Source: Candidatus Buchananbacteria bacterium
GTDB lineage: Bacteria > Patescibacteriota > Patescibacteriia > 2-01-FULL-39-33 > JBAYJR01
Direction of reading: 5' to 3'
DNA length: 64,000 nt
Assembly (NCBI GenBank): GCA_041665005.1
Contig: JBAYJR010000006.1
Coordinates: 13,309 to 77,308 of the forward strand
This document shows, piece by piece, positions 37,601 through 47,586 of the stretch. Position 1 is the first letter of the stretch; the number at the start of each line of letters is the position of its first letter. The notes below the pieces were generated by a model. That model was given only the letters and a program-made list of their open reading frames with translations, had not been told where the DNA came from and searched no databases. The position numbers and the translations under genes are program-made.

Positions 37601-38573
37601 GGTAATTGCCGCCCAAAGTATTGGTGAACCTGGTACTCAGTTGACCATGAGAACCTTCCACACTGGTGGGGTAGCGGCAGCTAGTGATATTACCCAGGGT
37701 TTACCGCGCGTGGAAGAAATTTTTGAAGTTAGACCGCCTAAATATAGTGCTTTAGTGGCCGAAGAGGGCGGTTTTGTTAGTATTAAAGAAGGACCCAAGG
37801 GTTCACGTCAACGTTTGTTGCAAATTGAGTATCAAAAATTAACTGAAGAGGTGTATAATTTTGGAGTTAAGGATGAAAAAATTAATTTGCAAGTCAAAGA
37901 AGGTGAAAAAGTAGCTGTGGGTAGTGTTTTGTATATTAGAAATAAAGAGAAGATTTTGGCCAAAAAAGCCGGCCTAATTAAACTTGAAGAAGGACAGGTA
38001 AAAATAATTAGCGAAGGTCCAGCCGTTAGCGAATATGTTATTTCTCCGGATATGATTTTGTTAGTTCATGAAGGACAAACGGTTTTAGCCGGTGACCAAT
38101 TGACCGAAGGCTCCTTAGATTTAAAAAATCTATTTAGACAAAAAGGTAAATTGGCCACACAAAAATATATTATTAAAGAAATTCAAGGAATTTATTCTTC
38201 GCAGGGTCAAAAATTAAATGATAAACACATTGAAACAATTGTTAGACAAATGTTTTCTAAGGGTTATATTAAGGATGCTGGCGACACCGAATTATTGCCA
38301 GGCGAAATAGTTGATATCTCTGAGGCGATAGAAGAAAATCTCAAACTACCAAAAACCAAAGGACAGGAAGCGGTCTTTGATCAATTGTTGTTGGGTATTA
38401 CCAAAATTTCCTTGGCTACTCGTAGCTTTTTAGCCTCCGCCTCTTTCCAGGAAACTTCTCGAGTTTTAATCAATGCGGCAGTCTCTGGTAAGATTGATAA
38501 ACTAGAAGGTTTAAAGGAAAATATTATCATCGGTCGATTAATTCCAGCTGGTACAGGTTTTAGAAAAATTTAA
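34686..38573 (+). CDS. rpoC: DNA-directed RNA polymerase subunit beta'
   Basis: 1295 aa. Zinc-binding 'CYCGKY...CDKCGVEV', catalytic 'NADFDGDQMAVH', bridge-helix and trigger-loop regions. Confidence 0.93.
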   Translation: MIPEQNVKIADFEAMRLSIASPEDILKWSYGEVARAETINYRTQKPEKDGLFDERIFGPTKDWECYCGKYKKIRYKGIICDKCGVEVTRSIVRRERMGHIALATPVSHIWFLRGVPSKIGLVLDLSVQGLEKVIYFADFIITKVDEDLKQETISQLKQEFKNRKQQIESETNRQINQVKVKKGLAEEATDDEVVGLARQKEEQLKELMETFHLAEQELKELKPLRIISEHSYQELSLRYGHIFEAGIGAEAVRDLLEKVDFEKTINELETELKVATGAKREKIIRRIKLFKNLEKNKLRPEWMIMTMVPVIPPDLRPMVPLDGGRFATSDLNDLYRRVINRNNRLKQLLELNAPEVIIRNEKRMLQEAADALIDNNARQGKTVTASTGQRRMLKSLADMLKGKQGRFRQNLLGKRVDYSGRSVIIVGPSLKLDQCGLPKIMALELYRPFVISQLIKRELVHNIRSANRFIESGRIEVWDILEEVVAKSHVLLNRAPTLHRLGIQAFKPILIEGKAIQVHPLVCPAFNADFDGDQMAVHLPLTEEAQWEAANLMLATKNLLKPATGDPIVAPDKDIVWGCYYLTRLLEAEKELKVFSDWSEVLLAWQTDNLKLQEKIKVRVELDKDGRIIKYGQRKAKSVKNQLFETSAGRIIFNQVLPPEVDYLNEQVAKSHLSGILRQVLRKCGPEVTVELLDTIKSLAYKHLTMAGVSLGMSDFPDIPKVKELIKAGDQQVDEIIEQYEAGLLTQDERYTKIIGVWTEIKDQIATESKKAIDKNSSVFAMVDSNARGSWAQLVQMIGMKGLVINPAGQIIELPVKGNFKRGFDVLEFFISTHGARKGLSDTALRTSSAGYLTRRLVDVAQELIIREDDCKDEEGLIVTKAESEEMGKNLADRVSGRYTIEAIIDTKTKKTIVEAGELITEDLVKKVKEADVSEIKIRSLLTCRSLRGICKKCYGIDLAYNKLVETGTAVGVIAAQSIGEPGTQLTMRTFHTGGVAAASDITQGLPRVEEIFEVRPPKYSALVAEEGGFVSIKEGPKGSRQRLLQIEYQKLTEEVYNFGVKDEKINLQVKEGEKVAVGSVLYIRNKEKILAKKAGLIKLEEGQVKIISEGPAVSEYVISPDMILLVHEGQTVLAGDQLTEGSLDLKNLFRQKGKLATQKYIIKEIQGIYSSQGQKLNDKHIETIVRQMFSKGYIKDAGDTELLPGEIVDISEAIEENLKLPKTKGQEAVFDQLLLGITKISLATRSFLASASFQETSRVLINAAVSGKIDKLEGLKENIIIGRLIPAGTGFRKI

Positions 38574-38733
38574 AACAATTAGTTATCAAAAAGACGGGCC
38601 CGTTTGGCCCGTCTTTTTGATTAGTTGGGTCTTTTTTGCCTAGTTTATTAGGTTTTTAGACAAACTGCTAAGGGCTTACCTTTTGGTTAAAAATATGTTA
38701 AAATTACCTTGCTATTAATTATTTTTTATCCAC

Positions 38734-41070
38734 ATGTCAAACGTTGTTTCGCCAAAAAATTCTAGCAAAAATAAGGCTGATTTTAAGCTTAATATTCACC
38801 CCGAGACCAAAAAAGGTATTGTGGTGATTTTATTTTTTGCTTTAGCCGGGGTAAGTTTGCTAAGTTTTTTTAGTTTAGCCGGTAGTTTAGGGGTTTTTTT
38901 GCATCATTATTTGGCCTTGGGTTTTGGCTGGGGAAAATGGTTAGTACCGGCTTTATTGGCCTTGGTTGGTTATCTTATTTTGCGAGAAGAAACCTTAGAA
39001 GTTAGAATTGTTAATTATTTAGGAGTAGTTTTATTTATTTTTACTTTTCAGGCTTTGTTGCAGGTGGGTTATTTGCCATCAGAAATGCTAAGTATCGATC
39101 AAGCCGGTTTGGGTGGTGGTTTGGTAGGTTTAATTTTAGCTTGGCCGGCTGTGACTTATTTGGGTTTTTGGGCTAGCCTAATTAGCTTGGCGTCTTTGGT
39201 AGTTATTGCTATTCTGTTGACTTGGCAAACCACGTTAATAAAATTGTTTTTTCCAGTTAAGTGGCTAGCTCAAGGTTTACTTAGTTTTACTCGAGGGTTT
39301 GGTGAGTGGCAATTACATCAACAGGCTAAAAAAATGGCTAGACCAGAATTATATCGGCAACAACCAGACTTGACTGAGGAATCGACGCCAACCCCTCAGT
39401 TTGAAGCTAAACCAGTAGTTAAAATTCCAACCGCAAAGGTGGCTTCTAAAGAAAGAACCGAAAGTGATCAGCAGCAATTAATTGAAGTTAGACCAGCTAA
39501 ACTTCACCAGAAAAAAATTGATTTACCATTGAGTTTATTAACGCAGAATAATTCTAAGGCAGCGGCGGGGGATGTTAAGTTGAATCAAGCGATTATTCAA
39601 AAAACTTTAGAAAATTTTGGGATTATTTCCGAAATGGGAGAAGTTAATATCGGACCAACCTTTACTCAGTTTACTTTACGCCCAGCCGATGGAGTCAAGC
39701 TTTCTCGGATTACTACTTTAAACAACGATTTAGCATTATCTTTGGCGGCGCACCCAATTCGGATGGAAGCACCAATTCCCGGACGTAGTTTAGTAGGTAT
39801 TGAAGTGCCAAATCAAACCAAAGCTTTGGTTGGTTTGCGAGAAATGTTAGAAAGTACCGAATTTCATTCTCGTAAATCAAATTTATCTTTGGCCTTAGGT
39901 AAAGATGTGACGGGTAAAAGTTGGTTTATTGATTTAGCTCGCTTGCCACATTTATTGGTAGCCGGAGCAACTAATTCTGGTAAGACGGTTTGTTTAAATG
40001 CGATTATTACTTCTTTGCTTTATCAAAATGGCCCGGAAGATTTAAAGTTTATTTTAATTGATCCTAAAAAAGTTGAATTGCATTCATATAATGACATTCC
40101 ACATTTAATTACGCCAGTGATTATGGATGTTAAGAAAACCATTAACGCTTTAAAATGGTGTATTTTAGAAATGGATCGTCGATTTGAAGTTTTGTCAAAA
40201 ATGGGTAAGCGAAATATTGAGGCTTATAATCAAGATGCCGCAGAAAAATTGCCGTATATTGTGGTAATTGTGGACGAATTGGCGGACTTAATGGCTGCAG
40301 CTTATTCGGAAATGGAAGCTTTGATTGTGCGATTAACCCAAATGGCTCGGGCAGTGGGTATTCATTTAATTTTGGCCACGCAACGCCCCTCAGTCGATGT
40401 AATTACCGGTTTGATTAAAGCTAATGTGCCAGCGCGTATTGCTTTTTCCGTTGCCTCCTTGGTTGATTCACGGACCATCTTAGATACTTCCGGTGCGGAA
40501 AAATTAGTTGGTTGTGGCGATATGTTGTATGTTTCAGCAGAAATTTCTAAACCTAAACGTTTGCAGGGTGTGTATCTTTCGGATAAGGAAATAAAGAATA
40601 TGGTTGATTATTTAAAAGAAAATGGCTCGCCGGAATATGTAGAAGAGGTTACTGAAGGACGTGGTTCGGTGGTTAATTTGTCGGGTGGAAATTCTTTTGG
40701 TGAGGAAGATGGCGATGAATTATTGCCGCAGACTAAAGAAATAATTCAGCAGTCTGGTAAAGCTTCAGCCACTTTACTACAACGGCGATTAAAGGTGGGC
40801 TACGCTAGAGCGGCTAGGTTATTAGATTTGCTAGAACAAGATGGTTTTATTGGACCAGGTGAAGGCGCTAAACCTCGAGAAATTCACTGGGAAAAATTTG
40901 AGGGTCGGCCAGGAGTTGATAATTTTGCCAACGAGGAGCCATTAGTGGCAGTTCAGCCGGAAGTTTTTCAAGAAGAAGTTGAAGAAGAGCCGACCATAGC
41001 TGAGGAAGTAGTTGATGAGGAAGAGTCTGAGGCTGAGGAAAAATTAGCGGCCAAAGAGGATAAATTTTAA
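38734..41070 (+). CDS. ftsK: DNA translocase FtsK/SpoIIIE
   Basis: 778 aa. N-terminal TM helices, motor domain with Walker A 'AGATNSGKTVCLN' and 'ATQRPSVDV', C-terminal winged-helix gamma-like domain, acidic tail. Confidence 0.88.
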   Translation: MSNVVSPKNSSKNKADFKLNIHPETKKGIVVILFFALAGVSLLSFFSLAGSLGVFLHHYLALGFGWGKWLVPALLALVGYLILREETLEVRIVNYLGVVLFIFTFQALLQVGYLPSEMLSIDQAGLGGGLVGLILAWPAVTYLGFWASLISLASLVVIAILLTWQTTLIKLFFPVKWLAQGLLSFTRGFGEWQLHQQAKKMARPELYRQQPDLTEESTPTPQFEAKPVVKIPTAKVASKERTESDQQQLIEVRPAKLHQKKIDLPLSLLTQNNSKAAAGDVKLNQAIIQKTLENFGIISEMGEVNIGPTFTQFTLRPADGVKLSRITTLNNDLALSLAAHPIRMEAPIPGRSLVGIEVPNQTKALVGLREMLESTEFHSRKSNLSLALGKDVTGKSWFIDLARLPHLLVAGATNSGKTVCLNAIITSLLYQNGPEDLKFILIDPKKVELHSYNDIPHLITPVIMDVKKTINALKWCILEMDRRFEVLSKMGKRNIEAYNQDAAEKLPYIVVIVDELADLMAAAYSEMEALIVRLTQMARAVGIHLILATQRPSVDVITGLIKANVPARIAFSVASLVDSRTILDTSGAEKLVGCGDMLYVSAEISKPKRLQGVYLSDKEIKNMVDYLKENGSPEYVEEVTEGRGSVVNLSGGNSFGEEDGDELLPQTKEIIQQSGKASATLLQRRLKVGYARAARLLDLLEQDGFIGPGEGAKPREIHWEKFEGRPGVDNFANEEPLVAVQPEVFQEEVEEEPTIAEEVVDEEESEAEEKLAAKEDKF

Positions 41071-41114
41071 AAAACAAAAATTAAATATTAATTAAAAAGT
41101 TTTACCAGTTAAGT

Positions 41115-41780
41115 ATGACCAGTTTTGTGGTTAAAAAGTTGATACCCGAAAATTTTGTTGGTGGCTTATTAAAAGAAGCTAGAGAATCTTTTGGTTTGAG
41201 CTTAAAACAAGCGGCGGATAATTTACGGATTGCCGCTAAGTATTTGCAGGCCTTAGAGGATAACGCCTATAATTTAATTCCGGGTGAGGTTTATGCTAAA
41301 AGCTTTTTAAAAAGTTATGCTAAATTTTTAAAACTAGACAGTAGTTTAATTTTAAGGCAATATGAACAAGAAAAGAAGCTTCGCCAAAAAATTATTTATA
41401 AAAAAACGGTCGGGGAAGTTTCTAATCAAGAGTTAAGACGGTGGCCCCGGATTTTAAAAGTTTCTTTGGCTAGTTTGGCAGTAACGCTTTGTTTAGTTTA
41501 TTTGGTGGTGCAAGCGCAAAAGATTTTTGCTTCACCAGTTTTAGAAATTAATGACCCAATTGATAATTTAGTAACCAACCAAAGTATGCTGGCGATTAAG
41601 GGCTTGACTGATCATGAGGCGGGTTTAACGATTAATGGTTTAGCGGTTTTGGTCAATCCCGATGGTAGTTTTAGTCAAGATATTGAGTTGCAAAAAGATG
41701 TTAATAATATTAAAATAGTAGCGAGTAAAAAACATAGTCAAAATACAGTGGTTGAAAGGCGAGTAGTTTTTAATCCTTAG
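41115..41780 (+). CDS. Helix-turn-helix, single-TM membrane protein (RodZ-like)
   Basis: 221 aa. XRE-type HTH 'FGLSLKQAADNLRIAAKYLQALED', one TM helix, C-terminal beta domain. Confidence 0.55.
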   Translation: MTSFVVKKLIPENFVGGLLKEARESFGLSLKQAADNLRIAAKYLQALEDNAYNLIPGEVYAKSFLKSYAKFLKLDSSLILRQYEQEKKLRQKIIYKKTVGEVSNQELRRWPRILKVSLASLAVTLCLVYLVVQAQKIFASPVLEINDPIDNLVTNQSMLAIKGLTDHEAGLTINGLAVLVNPDGSFSQDIELQKDVNNIKIVASKKHSQNTVVERRVVFNP

Positions 41781-41803
41781 TTAATAAAAGCTAACAAAAA
41801 TAT

Positions 41804-42871
41804 ATGCCCAAAGAGGACAAAAGTCAGGTTAATGAGAAGTTAAAAGCGGTCAATGAGGCCTTAAGCCAAATCAAAGAAAGGTTTGGTGAGGGTTCAATTA
41901 TGAGATTAGGCGAAGCTAAAAAGATGCAGGTAGACTCAGTTACTACCGGTTGTCTTTCTTTGGATATCGCTTTAGGGGTTGGAGGTGTACCTCGTGGTCG
42001 GATTATTGAAATTTTTGGCCCTGAGGCTTCGGGTAAAACCACCTTAGCTCAGCATATTGTGGCGGAAGTACAAAAAGCTGGCGGCACGGCGGCTTTTGTG
42101 GATGCTGAGCACGCTTTAGATCCAGATTACGCTAGAAAAATCGGAGTTAAGGTTGATGATTTATTAATTTCTCAACCCGACACTGGTGAGCAAGCTTTGG
42201 ATATTGTAGAAACCTTAGTCCGTTCTAATGCGGTGGACGTGATTGTCGTAGATTCGGTTGCAGCCTTAACTCCCAAGGCAGAAATTGAAGGGGATATGGG
42301 GGATTCTCATATGGGTTTGCAGGCTCGGTTGATGTCACAAGCCTTAAGAAAGTTGACGGCGATTATCAGCAAGAGCCACACTATTTTAGTTTTTATCAAC
42401 CAAACGCGACAAAAGATCGGGGTATTTTTCGGTAATCCGGAAACCACTACCGGTGGTAATGCTTTAAAATTTTATTGTTCGGTGCGGATTGAAGTCCGCC
42501 GTGCGGCTCAGATTAAACAAGGGGAGCAAATTATTGGTAACCGAGTCAAGGCTAAGGTAGTTAAAAATAAGGTCGCCGCGCCATTTAGAACTTGTGAGTT
42601 TGATATTATGTATAATGAAGGTATTTCAATTTCTGGTGATGTAATTGATGCTGGGTTGTTGAATAAAGTGATTGAAAAATCTGGCAATACTTATAATTTT
42701 GGTGAAATTAAATTAGGAGTAGGCCGAGAAATCGCTAAAACTTTTTTGCGAGAAAATCCTAAATTAATTGCGGAGATTAAAAAACAGGTTTGGGAAGTAA
42801 TTAAAGCCGGCGGCGATGCCGAAAAAAATATTGACCTCGAGGCGGAAGTACCACCAGCGGAGGAAGCATAA
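41804..42871 (+). CDS. recA: Recombinase RecA
   Basis: 355 aa. '[13 protein letters not shown]' Walker A, 'VDSVAAL', L1/L2 loop regions, 'IMYNEGIS'. Confidence 0.93.
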   Translation: MPKEDKSQVNEKLKAVNEALSQIKERFGEGSIMRLGEAKKMQVDSVTTGCLSLDIALGVGGVPRGRIIEIFGPEASGKTTLAQHIVAEVQKAGGTAAFVDAEHALDPDYARKIGVKVDDLLISQPDTGEQALDIVETLVRSNAVDVIVVDSVAALTPKAEIEGDMGDSHMGLQARLMSQALRKLTAIISKSHTILVFINQTRQKIGVFFGNPETTTGGNALKFYCSVRIEVRRAAQIKQGEQIIGNRVKAKVVKNKVAAPFRTCEFDIMYNEGISISGDVIDAGLLNKVIEKSGNTYNFGEIKLGVGREIAKTFLRENPKLIAEIKKQVWEVIKAGGDAEKNIDLEAEVPPAEEA

Positions 42872-42949
42872 AAATATCTAAAAAATAAAAATCAGTCCCA
42901 TTTAAGGGACTGATTTTTATTTAGCTAGTGAATTTATTATGTTAGTTGT

Positions 42950-43519
42950 TTAATTTACTCTTTCTACGTATTCGCCGGTGTCGGTATTAACTCGGATCAT
43001 TTCATCCTCTTTAATAAACAAGGGGACCATTACTTTAATGCCACCTTCTAGAGTTGCTTCTTTCATGGCGGAAGTACCAGTGGCCGAATCACCCTTGATG
43101 GCGGGTGGGGCTTCTACTACTTTTAATTCCACTTTTTTGGGTAATTCTACGGAGGCAGGTTTGTTTTCAAAATAAACAATATCCAAAGTTGCCCCTTCTT
43201 TTAAGTATTTACCAGAATCACCTAAAACGTCATCAGTTAAGAAAAATTGTTCGTAGTCATCAACGGTCATAAATTGATAACCTTGAGCGTCTTTGTATAA
43301 AAAATTAGCTTTGCGACGATTCATGTCGGCAAATTCAATGGCATCTGAGGCGTTGAAGGTTTTTTCTAAAGTCCGGCCAGTAGTTAAACTTTTTAATTTG
43401 GTCCGGGCAAAGGCGCGCCGTTGAGCGGTTCGGGCATTTTGGTAAAAAGTTACTAAAAATGGTTCATTTTGGATTTTGATGATTGAACCGGTTTTAATAT
43501 CATTGATTCCTAGAGACAT
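42950..43519 (-). CDS. efp: Elongation factor P
   Basis: Start refined to ATG 43519 (MSLGINDIKTGSIIKIQNEPF...). The track ORF begins at a TTG 8 codons upstream. KOW-like N-domain with the conserved modification-loop K. Confidence 0.85.
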   Translation of the reverse strand: MSLGINDIKTGSIIKIQNEPFLVTFYQNARTAQRRAFARTKLKSLTTGRTLEKTFNASDAIEFADMNRRKANFLYKDAQGYQFMTVDDYEQFFLTDDVLGDSGKYLKEGATLDIVYFENKPASVELPKKVELKVVEAPPAIKGDSATGTSAMKEATLEGGIKVMVPLFIKEDEMIRVNTDTGEYVERVN

Positions 43520-43624
43520 AATAGATAGATTAACAATAAACAATCCAGCCAGACAGCGGATTAGTAAATCAGTGTAAATTTTTTGCTGAGATACCGACTT
43601 GCTGGTCAGCTTAGATGTTTATTT

Positions 43625-43885
43625 TTATTTATTAACAAAGGGCAATAAAGCCATGATGCGAGATTGTTTGATGGCCGTGGCTAATTTGCGTTGATGAAAA
43701 GCACAGCAACCACTTCGTTTGCGCGGGGCAATTTTACCATAGGAAGAAGTAAAACGTCTTAATAAATTAGCATTTTTATAGTCTAATTCGTTAAGATTAT
43801 TTTGACAAAAATAACATTCTTTGGCTTCGGCGGGAGCGCTACTGTTATTTCGTTGATTGTTTCTTGATTGATTGTTCATAAGCAA
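43625..43885 (-). CDS. rpsR: 30S ribosomal protein S18
   Basis: 'CYFC...YKNANLLRRFTSSYGKIAPRKRSG...HQRKLATAIKQSRIMALLPF'. Confidence 0.88.
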   Translation of the reverse strand: MLMNNQSRNNQRNNSSAPAEAKECYFCQNNLNELDYKNANLLRRFTSSYGKIAPRKRSGCCAFHQRKLATAIKQSRIMALLPFVNK

Positions 43886-43900
43886 GGGATTGATAAGTTA

Positions 43901-44365
43901 TTAAAAAGGAATATCTTCAACTTTGATTTCAGCTTCGGTGTTGGTATTAGGTGTTGGTGATTCAAAATTTTCAACATTATTAGCTTGATTGTCGGTTGGG
44001 GTGTAAGAATTTTCGGAACTAGCAGTTTTGGCGCCACCAGGTTGCGGGCCCATTTGAATATTTTCGGCAATAATTTCGGTGCGATAACGCTTAATACCAT
44101 CTTGGCCTTCCCAGGAGCGGGTTTGTAAGCGCCCTTCTACCATAATTAATCGGCCCTTAGTCATATATTGATTAATAATTTCCGCTAAGCGACCCCAGGC
44201 CACAATATTATGAAATTCAACTTGTTGTTTTTTTTGTTTGTTCTGGTCTAACCAAACTCGGTTGGTAGCCACCGAAAAGGAAACTACGGACTGACCACTG
44301 GGGGTAGTGCGCATTTCTGGATTTTGAGTTAAATTGCCCAAGATGAAAGTTTTGTTTAAATTCAT
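43901..44365 (-). CDS. ssb: Single-stranded DNA-binding protein
   Basis: OB fold 'ILGNLTQNPEMRTTPSGQSVVSFSVATN...HNIVAWGRLAE', acidic C-terminal tip 'DIPF'. Confidence 0.9.
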   Translation of the reverse strand: MNLNKTFILGNLTQNPEMRTTPSGQSVVSFSVATNRVWLDQNKQKKQQVEFHNIVAWGRLAEIINQYMTKGRLIMVEGRLQTRSWEGQDGIKRYRTEIIAENIQMGPQPGGAKTASSENSYTPTDNQANNVENFESPTPNTNTEAEIKVEDIPF

Positions 44366-44393
44366 ACAATTAAGCTAAAAAATTATTAAATAA

Positions 44394-44843
44394 TTAAGAA
44401 ATTTTTTCTTCTAAAATCTCTTCTAATTTTTTATCCAGCTCGTCAATATTCATAACCGTCGGGGCGGGCGGAGTTTCTATTTTTCTAGGGGCCGGGGCTT
44501 CCGTTCTGATTGGCAAAGGGGTTTCTATCTTTAATTCTGCCGCTACACCAGAGCCCACCGTTTCTTTGGCTAAAATTTGGTGACGTAAAATTTCTGGAGT
44601 CATGCGTAATTCGTTTTCTAATTTTTGTAAATTAGTTGGTTCTAGATCAAACTCACAAACATAATAGTAGCCGGTATAAAAGTTTTTAATGGGGTAAGCT
44701 AATTTGCGACGACCCATTAATTCGTTGAAAGTCAACTTAGCTCCATATTTGTAAAGCAAAGCTAAAACTTTTTCAATTTGGGGTTTTAGTTCTTCTTCCG
44801 TGTATTTGGCCGGAAAAAGGTACAAAATTTCGTAGTGGTTCAT
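44394..44843 (-). CDS. rpsF: 30S ribosomal protein S6 (with C-terminal extension)
   Basis: 'MNHYEILYLFPAKYTEEELK...GRRKLAYPIKNFYTGYYYVCEFD'. Classic rpsF-ssb-rpsR order. Confidence 0.88.
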   Translation of the reverse strand: MNHYEILYLFPAKYTEEELKPQIEKVLALLYKYGAKLTFNELMGRRKLAYPIKNFYTGYYYVCEFDLEPTNLQKLENELRMTPEILRHQILAKETVGSGVAAELKIETPLPIRTEAPAPRKIETPPAPTVMNIDELDKKLEEILEEKIS

Positions 44844-45187
44844 AAGGTAAAAGTTTAAATTATTATTTTAATAAATAAAAAACTCGGACTTTTCCGAGTC
44901 AAACGACAAAATGGCTTAAAGGCCCCTTGAGTCAATTGACCCGTCCAGCTGATTTTGGTCAGTGGAAATGGAAAAAGGCTAAATAGTTTTAATAGAGCTA
45001 GTTTAACACGGTTAAAAAGCTTTGTCAAGATTAGCCGATTTAAGAGCAATTTTAGTAATACTGGTCATTGGTTCTGTTTGGCTTTGACGCTTCTGGGTGG
45101 CTAATTTAGGGGCCTTGGTGGAGTTTTGGTGAGATAACTTGGGTTTGGCCTCTTATTAGTACTCAGGGTTTATGTTATAATAAGGCC

Positions 45188-46411
45188 ATGAAACAAATCT
45201 TTATTTTGGGGCAAAATCCCGCTTTGTCAACGGCCGAAATTATCACTTTGACCAAGCGTTTAGAACTGTTTGTGGGGCTAATTGAGGTTAGTCCAGAATT
45301 TTTATTGTTAGAATTACGCCAAGCATTGGATTTGCGACAGCTGGGTGGAACGGTTAAAACCGGTGTAGTTATTGATGAAGTAGCCGAAGCAAATTTAGAA
45401 TTGTTTGTTGGTCGGGCCTTGCAGGAATTACAAAAATTAGCCTTGCCTAAAGTTTGGTTTGGTTTTTCTTTTTATGGTCAAAACTCAAATTATTTTCAAG
45501 CTAAAGACGCCGGCATGATGATTAAGCGACGATTGGAGTTGGTAGACATTGCTTCGCGGTTTGTTGTCGCAAAAGGTAAACAACTTTCTTCGGTAATTGT
45601 CCAAAAAGAACACTTACTGGATAAGGGTCGAGATTTTTTGGTGGCCGCAATTGGTTCAAAGGTTTATTTTGGCTATACTACGGCGGTACAAGAATTTGAA
45701 GCTTATGGCGAACGTGATTTTGGCCGGCCGAGTCGTGATGCGGTTTCGGGAATGTTACCACCAAAACTAGCTAAAATGATGTTAAATTTGGCCGGGATTA
45801 AATCAAACACTAAAACTTTGGATCCTTTTTGTGGTTCTGGTACCGTTTTGCAGGAAGCCTTGTTGCTGGGAGTTAAAAAGGTTTACGGCACTGATTCCTC
45901 GGCCAAAGCGGTGGCCGACGCGCAACGGAATTTAAATTGGTTAAAAACTAAACAGCCAAATTTAAGTCAACAAGAAGTAAAAATCTTTCAAGCCGACGTA
46001 AAATTTATTGATAAGTATTTTAATGAATCCAAAGTTGATGTTATTGTAACCGAACCGTATTTAGGGCCAGCCTTAAAGATTAAAGATTTGATTAGTTTTA
46101 GAAAAGAACCGCTTAAATTGCAAATGCTGGTTAAAGAAATAGAGCAACTATACAGTTTAGCCCTGACGGTTTTTGTAGAAATTTTAAATCCCAAAGGACG
46201 GGTGGTTATGATTTGGCCAAATTGGAAAATCGGTAACAAAATTTATCGTTTGGAGCTAGTTAAAAAACTTAATCAGTTAGGTTTTAAAATTATTAATCCT
46301 TTAGCAGAAGTAAAATTTGGTTTTAAAGAAAAAACCGAGCGTCAGACTATTATTTATCAGCGCAATGAGCAGATTATTTTGCGCGAAGTGGTTATTTTAG
46401 AACGAGATTAA
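45188..46411 (+). CDS. Putative RNA (guanine-N2/adenine-N6 class) methyltransferase, UPF0020/Trm11-like
   Basis: 407 aa. SAM motif I 'LDPFCGSGTVLQEA', motif IV-like 'VIVTEPYLG'. Confidence 0.55.
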   Translation: MKQIFILGQNPALSTAEIITLTKRLELFVGLIEVSPEFLLLELRQALDLRQLGGTVKTGVVIDEVAEANLELFVGRALQELQKLALPKVWFGFSFYGQNSNYFQAKDAGMMIKRRLELVDIASRFVVAKGKQLSSVIVQKEHLLDKGRDFLVAAIGSKVYFGYTTAVQEFEAYGERDFGRPSRDAVSGMLPPKLAKMMLNLAGIKSNTKTLDPFCGSGTVLQEALLLGVKKVYGTDSSAKAVADAQRNLNWLKTKQPNLSQQEVKIFQADVKFIDKYFNESKVDVIVTEPYLGPALKIKDLISFRKEPLKLQMLVKEIEQLYSLALTVFVEILNPKGRVVMIWPNWKIGNKIYRLELVKKLNQLGFKIINPLAEVKFGFKEKTERQTIIYQRNEQIILREVVILERD

Positions 46412-46419
46412 TATTTTTT

Positions 46420-47493
46420 ATGTTTAAACTCAAGACCAGGACAATTTGGCTGATGTTGCCAATAATTATATTATTGGCTTTTTTAGATTATCAGGTTTTA
46501 ACGGGGCGAACGGTACAGACTATTGCTGGGTGGCAAAATAAATTGGTAGCCACGAAGGTTTTACCGTCTGAGTTGCCAAAAAGTATTTCCACGGTTATTT
46601 TTGGGGGCGATGTAATGTTGTCGCGAGTAGTTGGTCAACAAATGGCAAAACAGCAAGATTATACCTGGCCGTTTAAAAAAATTGCGGCAAGTTTGGCCGA
46701 GGCCGATTTAACGGTAGTTAATTTAGAATCTCCTTTGGCCAAAACCGGACCATATTTAGTTAAAACCGGTTCATTTGCTTTTAAGGCTGATCCTTTGGCG
46801 GTAGTCGGCTTAAAAACAGCGGGTATTGATGTGGTTAGTTTGGCGAATAATCACGCTTTAAATGCAGGGTTGGATAATTTATTATTTACCAAAGAATTTT
46901 TGCAACAACAGGGGATTAAGGCCTTGGGAGCGGGCGTGAATAAACAGCAGGCTAGTTTGCCGGTAATTATTAAAGTCAATGATTTGGTCTTGGGTTTTTT
47001 GGCTTATACCTATAATAGTGAACCATATTTAGCCGAGTTATCATCAAAGACGATGGCCAAAGAAGTTGAGCAGTTAAAAAAACAAGTTGATCAGGTGGTG
47101 GTGATTATGCATGCGGGTGAAGAATATAGTGCTCAGCCGACTTTGGAACAACAAAAGTTTGCCGACCGGGCGATTGCCGCGGGAGCGGCGCTAGTAGTGG
47201 GACATCATGCTCATTGGCCACAAAAAATTAAAGTGGTGTTAGACGAAAATGGTCAAACTAAGGGTTTAATAATTTATGGTTTAGGTAATTTGGTGTTTGA
47301 TCAAATGTGGTCACGCGAAACTCAGCGCGGGGTTTTGGCTAAAATTAGCTGGCAAGGCCAGACTTTAAAAAGTTTAGAAATAATTCCAGTGCGAATTTTA
47401 AATTATGGCCAGGCTAATTTAGCTACCAGCACTATGGATATTGATTGGGTGTTGCAAAGTTTAGGAATTTCAAAAACTAAATTAGAGTTTTAA
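46420..47493 (+). CDS. CapA/PgsA-family metallophosphatase-like protein
   Basis: 357 aa. 'FGGDVMLSR' and 'NLESPL', 'ANNHALN', 'HAGEEY', 'GHHAH' calcineurin-like blocks typical of CapA (PGA_cap). Confidence 0.7.
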   Translation: MFKLKTRTIWLMLPIIILLAFLDYQVLTGRTVQTIAGWQNKLVATKVLPSELPKSISTVIFGGDVMLSRVVGQQMAKQQDYTWPFKKIAASLAEADLTVVNLESPLAKTGPYLVKTGSFAFKADPLAVVGLKTAGIDVVSLANNHALNAGLDNLLFTKEFLQQQGIKALGAGVNKQQASLPVIIKVNDLVLGFLAYTYNSEPYLAELSSKTMAKEVEQLKKQVDQVVVIMHAGEEYSAQPTLEQQKFADRAIAAGAALVVGHHAHWPQKIKVVLDENGQTKGLIIYGLGNLVFDQMWSRETQRGVLAKISWQGQTLKSLEIIPVRILNYGQANLATSTMDIDWVLQSLGISKTKLEF

Positions 47494-47586
47494 TTTTGAT
47501 TAGGTATTAAAAAAATTTAGGGCGTAAAAAACTTTCCCAGTAGGAAAGTTTTTTGTTTCAATAGGTAATTGGCAAGCGATTGAAAA